DNA from: Phycisphaerales bacterium
GTDB taxonomy: Bacteria > Planctomycetota > Phycisphaerae > Phycisphaerales > UBA1924
Assembly (NCBI GenBank): GCA_965227775.1
Contig: OZ245777.1
Location: 3,072,001-3,136,000, forward strand
DNA length: 64,000 nt
Direction: 5' to 3'
Position 1 is the first letter of the stretch; each line of letters begins with the position of its first letter. Made by a program: the position numbers and the translations under genes. Below the pieces are notes generated by a model. That model worked only from the letters and a program-made list of their open reading frames with translations. It made no database searches and had not been told where the DNA came from. Positions 40,351 through 48,603 of this stretch are shown here, one piece after another.

Positions 40351-41958
40351 TCAGAAAGCGCCGGCCCGCTCCCAGATGTTCAGGAACTCGAGCACGTCGA
40401 AGATCGTGATCATGCCATCGCCGTCGATGTCGGCGACGTCGAATTCCGTCGGCGTGCGGTCCTTGCTATTGGCCGTGCCCGAGTGCGGCGTGGCGGCGTA
40501 GGGGAACACGCCGTTGAAGCGCAGGTCATTCTCGGTCACGTTGTCACCAACCAGCGTGATGGCTGAATAGTCGGGACCGCTAGCGACAGCTGTGAGCGCG
40601 ATGTCGACGACGTCATCACCGAATCGGCGGCCGTTGGGCCAACCGCTGGAAACACCGCCCATGTCGGCCGTGACATCGCCGCCGATGAATCCAAGGCGGC
40701 TGAAGCCAGCATCGCCTTCCAGCCGAACCGGCCCCGTCGTCGTTGCCACGCGAATGACGTCTGGAATGTACACGGCCGCCAGGTCGACTCGGCCAGTCGT
40801 GGCAAAGTCGGTGCCATACACCAGGTTGATGAGCGCGGCGACCTCCGGATTCTCGGCGTAGGTGGAGAACTGGGCGTCGTCGGCAGGGTCGGTCGCGTTG
40901 TAGCGGTCCTTGTCGGCCAAAGCGACGAGCACCTCGTTGAACAGCGGGTTGCCAAGACGATTCACCTGCACCCATGGGCCGGTCGAGCGGATGTCGTCGC
41001 CCGCGACGCGCTCGGTGAATTGGCGGCGGGCAACGGACGCGTACACGCCAACACCCTGCTGATCGCCGAAGAACGCGTCGGTGTATGGCAGTTGGGGCAG
41101 CTCGCTCAGCGGCACCTGCACTGCAAAGGTCAGCACGTTGAAGCCCTTGAAGCCATCGACGCCGTTACCGTCCTGTCCCAGGCCATCGCTCAGATCGCCA
41201 TTGCGATCGAGGATGCGCGGGTTGAGCAAGTCGAACACGCCAGGCACGTCGGCATAGAAGCTGTCGTCGCGTGTGCCTGCGAAGAAGACGGTGCCCTCAT
41301 CGCCGTCGATGATCGCCTGGCGGGTGTACGCATCGAGATCGCCGAGCGTCTGCGCGCCCGACATCGCGAAACCGTCGGCATCGTTGTACAGCGGCGTCAC
41401 GCGGTTGCCCGGGTTGGGAGGGCCAGTGACGGCATCGGACGCCAGCGTCGTGGCGCCAGAATCATCGATGCGCTCGACCCTGTATGTTTGCGTGAAGTTT
41501 TGCCGTGCGTCGCCGATCTCCATGATGGCGCCGGGCTCGGTGCCCAGCCCATAGCTGAGGATTGTGCCGGGGTTCTTCAGGCCGCCGTCGACATCGGAGA
41601 ACGCGAAGTCGTAGCGGATAAGCGTCTCGCCGGTCGTAGGGTTGGCCACGTGTAGGCTGTAGCGAGCGTCGTCGGAGAACCGCTCGTAGTGCGGGCCATC
41701 GCCCGGCTCGACGAACGGACGAACGTTCGCGACGATGTTGAGCACCTCGACGCTCGGGTCGTCGTACTTCGTGCCAACGAAGGCGTACACATCGGTCAGG
41801 TTGGCCATCGGGTCCTGATCGATGAGCGGGGCGTCGCTGTGGCTGGAGGCCAGCGTCTCGGTCGTCATGAATGTGGCCGCGCCGGCTGCCACGACCATGG
41901 CGGCCGCTGCTGTCATGCAGGTCGCGGTGCATGAGATAGTACTTCGATTCAACGGCAT
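40351..41958 (-). CDS. DUF4331 domain protein with C-terminal dockerin/EF-hand half repeat
   Basis: ASSHSDAP, TDVYAF, FAGTRDDSF, QVNRLGNPLFNE, GWPNGRR..DDVVD; tail VADIDGDGMITIFD. Confidence 0.85.
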   Translation of the reverse strand: MPLNRSTISCTATCMTAAAAMVVAAGAATFMTTETLASSHSDAPLIDQDPMANLTDVYAFVGTKYDDPSVEVLNIVANVRPFVEPGDGPHYERFSDDARYSLHVANPTTGETLIRYDFAFSDVDGGLKNPGTILSYGLGTEPGAIMEIGDARQNFTQTYRVERIDDSGATTLASDAVTGPPNPGNRVTPLYNDADGFAMSGAQTLGDLDAYTRQAIIDGDEGTVFFAGTRDDSFYADVPGVFDLLNPRILDRNGDLSDGLGQDGNGVDGFKGFNVLTFAVQVPLSELPQLPYTDAFFGDQQGVGVYASVARRQFTERVAGDDIRSTGPWVQVNRLGNPLFNEVLVALADKDRYNATDPADDAQFSTYAENPEVAALINLVYGTDFATTGRVDLAAVYIPDVIRVATTTGPVRLEGDAGFSRLGFIGGDVTADMGGVSSGWPNGRRFGDDVVDIALTAVASGPDYSAITLVGDNVTENDLRFNGVFPYAATPHSGTANSKDRTPTEFDVADIDGDGMITIFDVLEFLNIWERAGAF

Positions 41959-42101
41959 CGGTGTCTCCTTCGCGTGCGAGCGTGGGATAGCGCGAAGGAC
42001 AGCAACGCCCCCGAGCCGATCGCTCACGCCAGATGCGGGTCTATCCACGGATTCGGGTTGCACCGATGCACCGATGCAGCAACCACCAGATTTGTCGAAT
42101 C

Positions 42102-42132
42102 AAAAGAAAAGGCCCGCAGCAGCGTGCGGGCC
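42102..42132 (-). terminator. Terminator after hppA
   Basis: GGCCCGCA/TGCGGGCC stem followed by TTTTCTTTT on the minus strand. Confidence 0.75.
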
Positions 42133-42175
42133 GAAAGGGAGACGTGTCAGGCCTGTTGCGTAAGAACTCGGCCGG

Positions 42176-45016
42176 TTAGCTCAGGCCAAGCGCCGAACCG
42201 ATCGCCGGGGCGAATTTCACCACCAGGCCGGCGAACACCACCGCCACCGAGCTCAGCAGCTTTATGAGGATGTTGAGCGAGGGCCCGGACGTGTCCTTGA
42301 ACGGGTCGCCCACGGTGTCGCCCACGACGGTGGCCTTGTGATCGTCGCTGCCCTTGCCGTAGACGTACTCGTCGCCGCGGCCGCTCTCGACCATCTCGCG
42401 AGCGCGGGCGAGGATGTCGTCGCGGATGTCTGCGGGGATCTTCTCACGCTTGGCCGAGTCGTTGAGAGCATCGGTCGCAGTGATGCGGCCGTAGCTCTCC
42501 AGCAGCTTCTTGGCGTTGTCCCATGCACCGCCGGCGTTGGCCATGAAGACCGCGACCGCGAAGCCGGTGATCAGACCACCAGCCAGGAGGCCCATGACGC
42601 CACTGACGCCCAGGATCATGCCGGTGCCCACGGGCACAAGCACTGCCAGGATACTCGGCAGCACCATCTCCTTGAGGGCGCCGTTGGTGGCGATCGTCAC
42701 GCAACGGGCGTAGTCGGGGTACGCCTCGCTGCCCGATCCCACCTGGTTCGGCCAGCTCTGCGGGTTGGCAATGTCCTCTTCACTCATGCCCTGCTTGCGG
42801 AACAGCGTGCGCATTTCGCCAAACTGGCGGCGACACTCCTGCATCATGATGTTTGCGGCACGACCCACCGCATCCATGGTCAATGCACAGAACAGGAACG
42901 TCAGCATCACGCCGATGAACAGGCCACCCAGCAGGCTCGGATTCGTCATCGTCACGTTGTAAAACGTCAGGATGTCGGAGATTGTGATCTGCCCGGTGGA
43001 CACGGCGCGGATGGTGATCGAGTGCGAGTGATCATCGTGCGGAAGGTCGCCCACAAGGGTCAGGTTCCGCGACGTCGCGAGGTCACCCTCCCACATCAGC
43101 GTGAACTCCATGCCCGGCTGGACGAGGGCGAGTGCCCCGCCGCCGCCGAAGTGCCCACGCTCTGCGATCTCATCAAACTGGCTGGGATCGAGAATGATCG
43201 CACCGCCGGTGTAATTGCCGCCATCACGGCCCTCGCCTGGTGCCATGATGCCAAAGCGCCGGTGCCCCTCGTAGATCGCGACTGCGCCCTGGAGCTCCGC
43301 CGTGCCATCGGCCGTCATCACGGCGATCTGCTCGTCGGCAAACTTCGTCGTCTGCTTGTCGACGTGGTACTGCACGACCTGCACATATGCCGCAAGCAGG
43401 GCAAGCGCAGTGAGGGCAGCCGAGCCGATCGCGAAGCCCTTGCCCGTGGCGGCAGTCGTGTTACCGATCGAGTCGAGCAGGTCGGTGCGCTCGCGGACCT
43501 CAGGGGGCTGGCCGGCCATCTCGGCGTTGCCGCCCGCGTTGTCGGCGATCGGGCCGTACGCGTCGGTTGCCAGCGTGATGCCAAGCGTCGCGAGCATGCC
43601 GACGGCCGCAATGCCCACGCCGTACAGACCCATGAGCAGGTTCTCGTTGCCGCCCGAGATGCCGAAGGCCAGCAGGATGGCAACAACAACCGCGAAGATC
43701 GAGAGCCACGTGCTCTTCATGCCCTCGGCGATGCCGGTGATAATGACGGTGGCCGGACCCGTGATGGCCTGGCTGGCGATCCGCTTGGTGGGCGGGTGCT
43801 CGTAGCTGGTGCAGTATTCGGTCCACCATGCGATGACCAGGCCGCTCACCAGGCCAGCGGAGATCGAACCGCCGAACTGGTACCACTTCACGCCCAGCAG
43901 CCGGGCAGTGTCAGCATCGCCGAGAAGCAGATAGGGCACGCCGAATGCAGCCAGCAGGAGAAGGCCCGATGCCAGCCACACGCCCATGTGAAGGCTCTTG
44001 AGCAGGTCCTTGAAGCCCGCGTCTTCCTTCGTCCGCACGGCGAACACGCCGATGATCGACGCGATGATGCCTACACCCGCGAGCACGATGGGAAGCGTGC
44101 CGACCTTCATGGCCAGGTCGAAGCCGCCCTCCATACCACGGAGCACGGTCACGCTGAAGGCCGCCGACACGCCAAGGGCGATCGCGGCGATGATGCTCGA
44201 GTAGTAGCTCTCGTACAGGTCGGCGCCCATGCCAGCCACGTCGCCGACGTTGTCGCCCACGTTGTCGGCGATGGTCGCCGGGTTACGGGCGTCGTCTTCG
44301 GGGATGCCGGCCTCGACCTTTCCGACGAGGTCGGCGCCGACGTCGGCGGCCTTCGTGAAGATGCCACCACCCACGCGGGCAAACAGAGCCTGGAGCGAAG
44401 CACCCATCTTGAATGAGATCAGGACGGTCACCATCGCGGCCAGCAGGCCCTCTCGGTTACCTTCTTCTGCCAGGCTGAAGGCGCCGAGCTTGTCGCCGAA
44501 GCCGATGAAGAAGAAGTACCAGAAGCTCAGATCGAGGATTGCAACACCCACGCATGTCAGGCCCATAACGGCACCCGAGCGAAATGCAACGGTGAGGCCA
44601 TCGTTGAGGCTCGCCTTACAGGCGGTCGCCGTGCGTGCGCTTGCGTTGGTTGCCATCCGCATGCCGAACCAGCCGCAGAGACCGCTCAGGAAACCGGCGA
44701 CCGGCACGCCCAGCATGGCCCACACCGGCTCGAGTTCGGCCCACACCATCAGGCCCAGCACGGCGATGAGGAAGATGAATACCACCCCCACAACCTTGTA
44801 CTGGCTCTTGAGGTAGGCCATTGCGCCCTCGCGGACGGCTTGAGCGATGCGGACGGTCTCGCCCTCACCCTCGTTCTTGCTCATGACGCTGTTGCGGAGG
44901 TAGACCGCCGTGGCCAGCGCGGCCACGCCGGCGATCGGCGCGATGTAGTACGGCGCGGGGATGTCGCTGATAGCCCCGAGCGTGAGGGGCAGCGATGGCG
45001 TCGATGGCACGGGCAT
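42176..45016 (-). CDS. hppA: Membrane-bound ion-translocating pyrophosphatase (K+-dependent type, probably Na+)
   Basis: GGGIFTKAADVGADLVGKVE, DNVGDNVGD, DAYGPIADNAGG, GNTTAA, GDTVGDPFKDTSGP. Confidence 0.95.
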   Translation of the reverse strand: MPVPSTPSLPLTLGAISDIPAPYYIAPIAGVAALATAVYLRNSVMSKNEGEGETVRIAQAVREGAMAYLKSQYKVVGVVFIFLIAVLGLMVWAELEPVWAMLGVPVAGFLSGLCGWFGMRMATNASARTATACKASLNDGLTVAFRSGAVMGLTCVGVAILDLSFWYFFFIGFGDKLGAFSLAEEGNREGLLAAMVTVLISFKMGASLQALFARVGGGIFTKAADVGADLVGKVEAGIPEDDARNPATIADNVGDNVGDVAGMGADLYESYYSSIIAAIALGVSAAFSVTVLRGMEGGFDLAMKVGTLPIVLAGVGIIASIIGVFAVRTKEDAGFKDLLKSLHMGVWLASGLLLLAAFGVPYLLLGDADTARLLGVKWYQFGGSISAGLVSGLVIAWWTEYCTSYEHPPTKRIASQAITGPATVIITGIAEGMKSTWLSIFAVVVAILLAFGISGGNENLLMGLYGVGIAAVGMLATLGITLATDAYGPIADNAGGNAEMAGQPPEVRERTDLLDSIGNTTAATGKGFAIGSAALTALALLAAYVQVVQYHVDKQTTKFADEQIAVMTADGTAELQGAVAIYEGHRRFGIMAPGEGRDGGNYTGGAIILDPSQFDEIAERGHFGGGGALALVQPGMEFTLMWEGDLATSRNLTLVGDLPHDDHSHSITIRAVSTGQITISDILTFYNVTMTNPSLLGGLFIGVMLTFLFCALTMDAVGRAANIMMQECRRQFGEMRTLFRKQGMSEEDIANPQSWPNQVGSGSEAYPDYARCVTIATNGALKEMVLPSILAVLVPVGTGMILGVSGVMGLLAGGLITGFAVAVFMANAGGAWDNAKKLLESYGRITATDALNDSAKREKIPADIRDDILARAREMVESGRGDEYVYGKGSDDHKATVVGDTVGDPFKDTSGPSLNILIKLLSSVAVVFAGLVVKFAPAIGSALGLS

Positions 45017-45178
45017 GGGGCGGGGTCCCTTCTACGAGATTCGAGTTTCGGGCTCACGTCCGATGAAAACTCACACGGACGGATCGCGAGAAGGGCCGAT
45101 CATAGATCGGACAACCCCACTTTCCGACCCGCACGCGCGGGGAATCTGCCCCTACTCCCATCCGGAGCATCCCGCCCC

Positions 45179-45424
45179 ATGCCCGTGACGCTCAAGACCG
45201 TGATTGGTTTCGCCCTGGCATTCGCCCTCGGGGCGGCCTGCCGCTGGATCGACATCCCCGTGCCGGCGCCCAACAAGCTGATCGGGGCCCTGCTGGTCCT
45301 TGCCGTCACCCTGGGGTACCTGGCGGCCGACCGGGCCCTGCCGACGCTGGACGCCGCCGCCCAGACCGACCCGGCCCCGGCAGAAAAAACCCGCGACGAT
45401 CCAAGGACCGCCGCGGGCGAATGA
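45179..45424 (+). CDS. XapX/DUF1427 family small membrane protein
   Basis: GAACRWIDIPVPAP..LIGALLVLAVTLGY. Confidence 0.8.
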   Translation: MPVTLKTVIGFALAFALGAACRWIDIPVPAPNKLIGALLVLAVTLGYLAADRALPTLDAAAQTDPAPAEKTRDDPRTAAGE

Positions 45425-45496
45425 CCCCACCGGGATTCGAACCCGGGTTTCCAGGATGAGAACCTGGCGTCCTGGACCAGACTAGACGATGGGGCC
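45422..45496 (-). tRNA. tRNA-Glu (anticodon CTC)
   Basis: GGCCCCA/TGGGGTC acceptor, CCAGG-TTCTCAT-CCTGG anticodon arm, GGTTCGAATCC T-arm; CCA not encoded. Confidence 0.95.
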
Positions 45497-45632
45497 AGTC
45501 GGCAAAGCAAAAACGCCAGAGGCAACGCTACCAGGGATGGGGGGCGGGGTCAACTTGCTCGTGGCGGAGGTTCGTGGATCGGCTTGCGTCGAGGGGCGAT
45601 TGCTGGTATGTTGGGGCGAGAAGGAGAGCCCC

Positions 45633-46946
45633 ATGCCGCACACCCGCCGCTTCGTCTCCGCCGCGTTGCTTGCCAGCCTTGCGGTGGCTCCATCTGTCGC
45701 GCTGGCCCAGGCGTGCGACCCGGACGGCATCTTCGCGCCGCAGGTGGAGTATGGCACGGGCACCCGCACGTTCTCCATTGCCATTGGCGATCTCAACGGC
45801 GATGGTGTAGCCGACCTAGCGGTGACCAACTTCACCAGCGAGGACGTCAGCGTGCTGCTCAACAACGGCGACGGCACCTTCGCGCCCGAGGTGCGCTACG
45901 ACGGGGGCCGCCTGCCCCGGTCGGTAGCGATCGGCGACCTCGACGGGGACGGTGACAACGACCTTGCCGTGGCGTTCCAGATCAGCGATGGCATTCGGAT
46001 CCTGGTCAACAGTGGCGATGGCACTTTGGTGCCGGGCAGGCTTTTGAGCACCGAGGAGAATCCGTTCTCTGTGGCGATCGCCGACCTGGATGGTGACGGC
46101 GACGCCGACCTGGCCGCAACCAGCTACACCATGGCCAGCGTGAGCGTGCTGCTGAACGATGGCGATGGCGGTTTTGCGCCCCAGTTGGTCTACAGCGTGG
46201 GCGACGATCCTCAGTCCCTGGCGATCGGGGACCTGGACAACGATGGCGACGCCGATCTTGTGACGGCAAACTCGCGCGCCCTCTCGGGCGGTGGCGCCAG
46301 CGACGCGAGCGTACTACTGAACAACGGCGACGGCACCCTTGCCCCCGAAGTTCGATACGCCACTGGCAACCGCACCTCCTCCGTGGCCGTGGGCGATCTA
46401 GATGGCGACGGATACCCGGACTTGGCCGTCGCCAACTTCCAGACCGACAACGTGGGCGTGCTGCGCAACAACGGCAACGGCACCTTCGGGCGGCCGGCGT
46501 TCTACAACGTGGGCGACGAACCCTTCTCCGTAGCGATCGGCGACCTGGACGGCGACGGCGATCTGGACCTGGCGACGGCCAACACCGATCGCGACAGTGA
46601 GGTCATCAGCGTGCTGGCCAACAGCGGCGACGGTACGTTCGCGCCCCAGGCGTTCTACGGCGTGGGCAGCGAGCCGTTCTTCGTCGCCATCGGCGACCTT
46701 GATGGCGACAGCGACGCCGACATGGCCGTGGCAAACTTTCAGAACAGCACCATCGGCGTGCTGCTCAATCGGTGCGACTGCCGCGTTGACTTCGACGGCA
46801 ATGGCGAGTTGTCGTTAACGGATTACCTTGCCTTCCAGATCGCCTTCATGGCCGGCGACCCGGCGGCGGACTTCGACGGCGATGGCCGGCTCAACGTGTT
46901 CGACTTCCTGTTCTTCCAGAACGAGTTCCTGGCCGGCTGCCCCTGA
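45633..46946 (+). CDS. FG-GAP/VCBS repeat beta-propeller protein with GC-type dockerin tail
   Basis: Seven AIGDLDGDGxxDLA repeats; tail CRVDFDGNG...FLAGCP. Confidence 0.88.
   Translation: MPHTRRFVSAALLASLAVAPSVALAQACDPDGIFAPQVEYGTGTRTFSIAIGDLNGDGVADLAVTNFTSEDVSVLLNNGDGTFAPEVRYDGGRLPRSVAIGDLDGDGDNDLAVAFQISDGIRILVNSGDGTLVPGRLLSTEENPFSVAIADLDGDGDADLAATSYTMASVSVLLNDGDGGFAPQLVYSVGDDPQSLAIGDLDNDGDADLVTANSRALSGGGASDASVLLNNGDGTLAPEVRYATGNRTSSVAVGDLDGDGYPDLAVANFQTDNVGVLRNNGNGTFGRPAFYNVGDEPFSVAIGDLDGDGDLDLATANTDRDSEVISVLANSGDGTFAPQAFYGVGSEPFFVAIGDLDGDSDADMAVANFQNSTIGVLLNRCDCRVDFDGNGELSLTDYLAFQIAFMAGDPAADFDGDGRLNVFDFLFFQNEFLAGCP
46779..46946 (+). repeat. GC-type dockerin tail, diverged copy
   Basis: Same 168-nt length and Cys...GCx layout as the other copies. 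Confidence 0.75.
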
Positions 46947-46954
46947 GCCTGCCC

Positions 46955-47794
46955 CTAGGCCGGCCCCAGCAGCACCAGCACGGTCACGTTGTAGCACGCG
47001 TGCGCCCCCACCGCGAGGCCGAAGCCCCGCAGCAGATAGATGCCGCCCAGGTAAAGCCCACCCACGAGGTAGAGCAGCGCGGGGGCAATCGCCAGGCCCG
47101 AGCTCGTCCACACGTCGTGGTAGAGCATGAAGGCAATGGCGCTCACCGGCAGCGCGATCGCGACCGTGACGCCGGGCCTCAGGCGGCACAAGTCGGCCAA
47201 CACCGCGTGCAGCAGCGCGAGCAACGCCATGCGGAAGAGCAGCTCTTCGTAGAGCCCGGCACCGATAGCAATGACCATTCGCGCCTGCCAACTCAAATGG
47301 CCCAGGGCGTCCAGGCTCGCGGGAACGAGCGGCTCGGGCGTTGCCGGCGCCCCGACAGCAGCGGTCTCGGTCACCCGCGTCAGTACTCCGGCAAAGAGCA
47401 AGAGCGGAACCATCCACGCAACCGCTTCGGCGAACATCAGCGGCACGACGAGGGGCTTGAGCCTCCACCGCCGCTTCTCGAATACGTGCCACAGGAGCAG
47501 CACCACCACGATGACTGCTGCCGGCAGCGAGTAACCAACCACCGTCGAAGGCGACACGCCCAGGGTCTCCATCGCCCCGGCGATCATGGCCCATGCGCGG
47601 ACACCGCCAGAGGCGGCCAGTTCCTCGTGGTGCAGCGCCAGTCCGACCTCGTAGATCAGTATGAGCGGGATCAGAAAACCCAGCACGTGCAACGGTGTGC
47701 GCGAAGCGCGGGCGTACTCGGCTAGCGCCGGGCCTTCGGGCGACTCATCTCGTGGCTTCGGATCGGCGCTCTTTGGCGCAGACGTGCGTGGCAT
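46955..47794 (-). CDS. CPBP (Abi/CAAX) family intramembrane glutamic endopeptidase
   Basis: EELLFR, FMLYH, HACYN motifs in a polytopic membrane protein. Confidence 0.88.
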   Translation of the reverse strand: MPRTSAPKSADPKPRDESPEGPALAEYARASRTPLHVLGFLIPLILIYEVGLALHHEELAASGGVRAWAMIAGAMETLGVSPSTVVGYSLPAAVIVVVLLLWHVFEKRRWRLKPLVVPLMFAEAVAWMVPLLLFAGVLTRVTETAAVGAPATPEPLVPASLDALGHLSWQARMVIAIGAGLYEELLFRMALLALLHAVLADLCRLRPGVTVAIALPVSAIAFMLYHDVWTSSGLAIAPALLYLVGGLYLGGIYLLRGFGLAVGAHACYNVTVLVLLGPA

Positions 47795-47820
47795 GCGGCC
47801 AATCGTAAACGGCGTGCGCC

Positions 47821-47853
47821 AAAAAACAAAAACCCGTCGCTCGGAGCGACGGG
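47821..47853 (-). terminator. Terminator after rpsT
   Basis: CCCGTCGCT/AGCGACGGG stem followed by a long T-run on the minus strand. Confidence 0.8.
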
Positions 47854-47891
47854 CCGTGTACTGAATCACCTGTAGCAAGGATGCCGGTCGG

Positions 47892-48164
47892 TTAGCCGCC
47901 GGTGGCCTTCGCCTTGAGCCTCGCGTTCAGGCGGCTCTTGCGGCGGGCGGCCTGATTGGGGTGGATGACACCCTTGGACGCGGTGCGATCGAGCACCTTC
48001 TGCACGGTGAGGAACGCGGCCTTGGCCTCGTCGACCGAGCCGTGGGCCAGCTTCTCGTTGAAGTCCTTGATCGCCTCGCGCATGGCCTTGAGACGCCAGC
48101 GATTGCGGGCGCGGTGGCGTTCGTTCTGGCGGATGCGCTTGCGTGCAGAAACCGTGTGGGCCAT
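47892..48164 (-). CDS. rpsT: 30S ribosomal protein S20
   Basis: MAHTVSARKRIRQN, KGVIHPNQAARRKSRL. Confidence 0.96.
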   Translation of the reverse strand: MAHTVSARKRIRQNERHRARNRWRLKAMREAIKDFNEKLAHGSVDEAKAAFLTVQKVLDRTASKGVIHPNQAARRKSRLNARLKAKATGG

Positions 48165-48433
48165 GAGCGAACCATTCCTCCTTGGAACTCGCCGCCGATA
48201 CAAAAGGGCGAGCGAGCGAAACGGGCCTTTGGACGAGATGAGGCCGATTCCCGCAACTGCGCGACGCCGGCCTCGTCGCCAAGAGCACGCCTTGAGTGGA
48301 GGGATTATTGCCGGCCATGCCCCCCCCGATCAAGCGCCGCGGGCAGGAAACCGGCCCCGAATCCCACGCAGCGACCCCCAGGGCGTTGCCCGGGGCCGGG
48401 GGTCCGTGCTATCATCGCCCCGCGTTCACGCGA

Positions 48434-48507
48434 GCGGGTGTAGCTCAACTGGATAGAGCACCTGACTACGGATCAGGAGGTTTGGGGTTCGAATCCCTAC
48501 ACCCGTG
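48434..48507 (+). tRNA. tRNA-Arg (anticodon ACG)
   Basis: GCGGGTG/CACCCGT acceptor, CCTGA-CTACGGA-TCAGG anticodon arm, GGTTCGAATCC; CCA not encoded. Confidence 0.96.
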
Positions 48508-48510
48508 TTG

Positions 48511-48548
48511 AAGCGGCCCCGAAGGTAGATCTGACGGGCCGCTTTTTC
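48511..48548 (+). terminator. Terminator after tRNA-Arg
   Basis: AAGCGGCCC/GGGCCGCTT followed by a T-run. Confidence 0.7.
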
Positions 48549-48603
48549 GTGCGCGGTGCCTGATTGAGCCCCGCTCGGGACACCGGCGGCCGAACAATCT
48601 GGC

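Noticed and set aside
45760..46780. Regularly spaced GGCGACCTxGACGG repeats resembling a CRISPR array
   Set aside because: They are in-frame FG-GAP protein repeats with degenerate third codon positions; no cas genes.
45422..48507. Genomic island between tRNA-Glu and tRNA-Arg
   Set aside because: No integrase or duplicated tRNA 3' end seen; the interval contains rpsT, and the tRNA 3' ends point outward.
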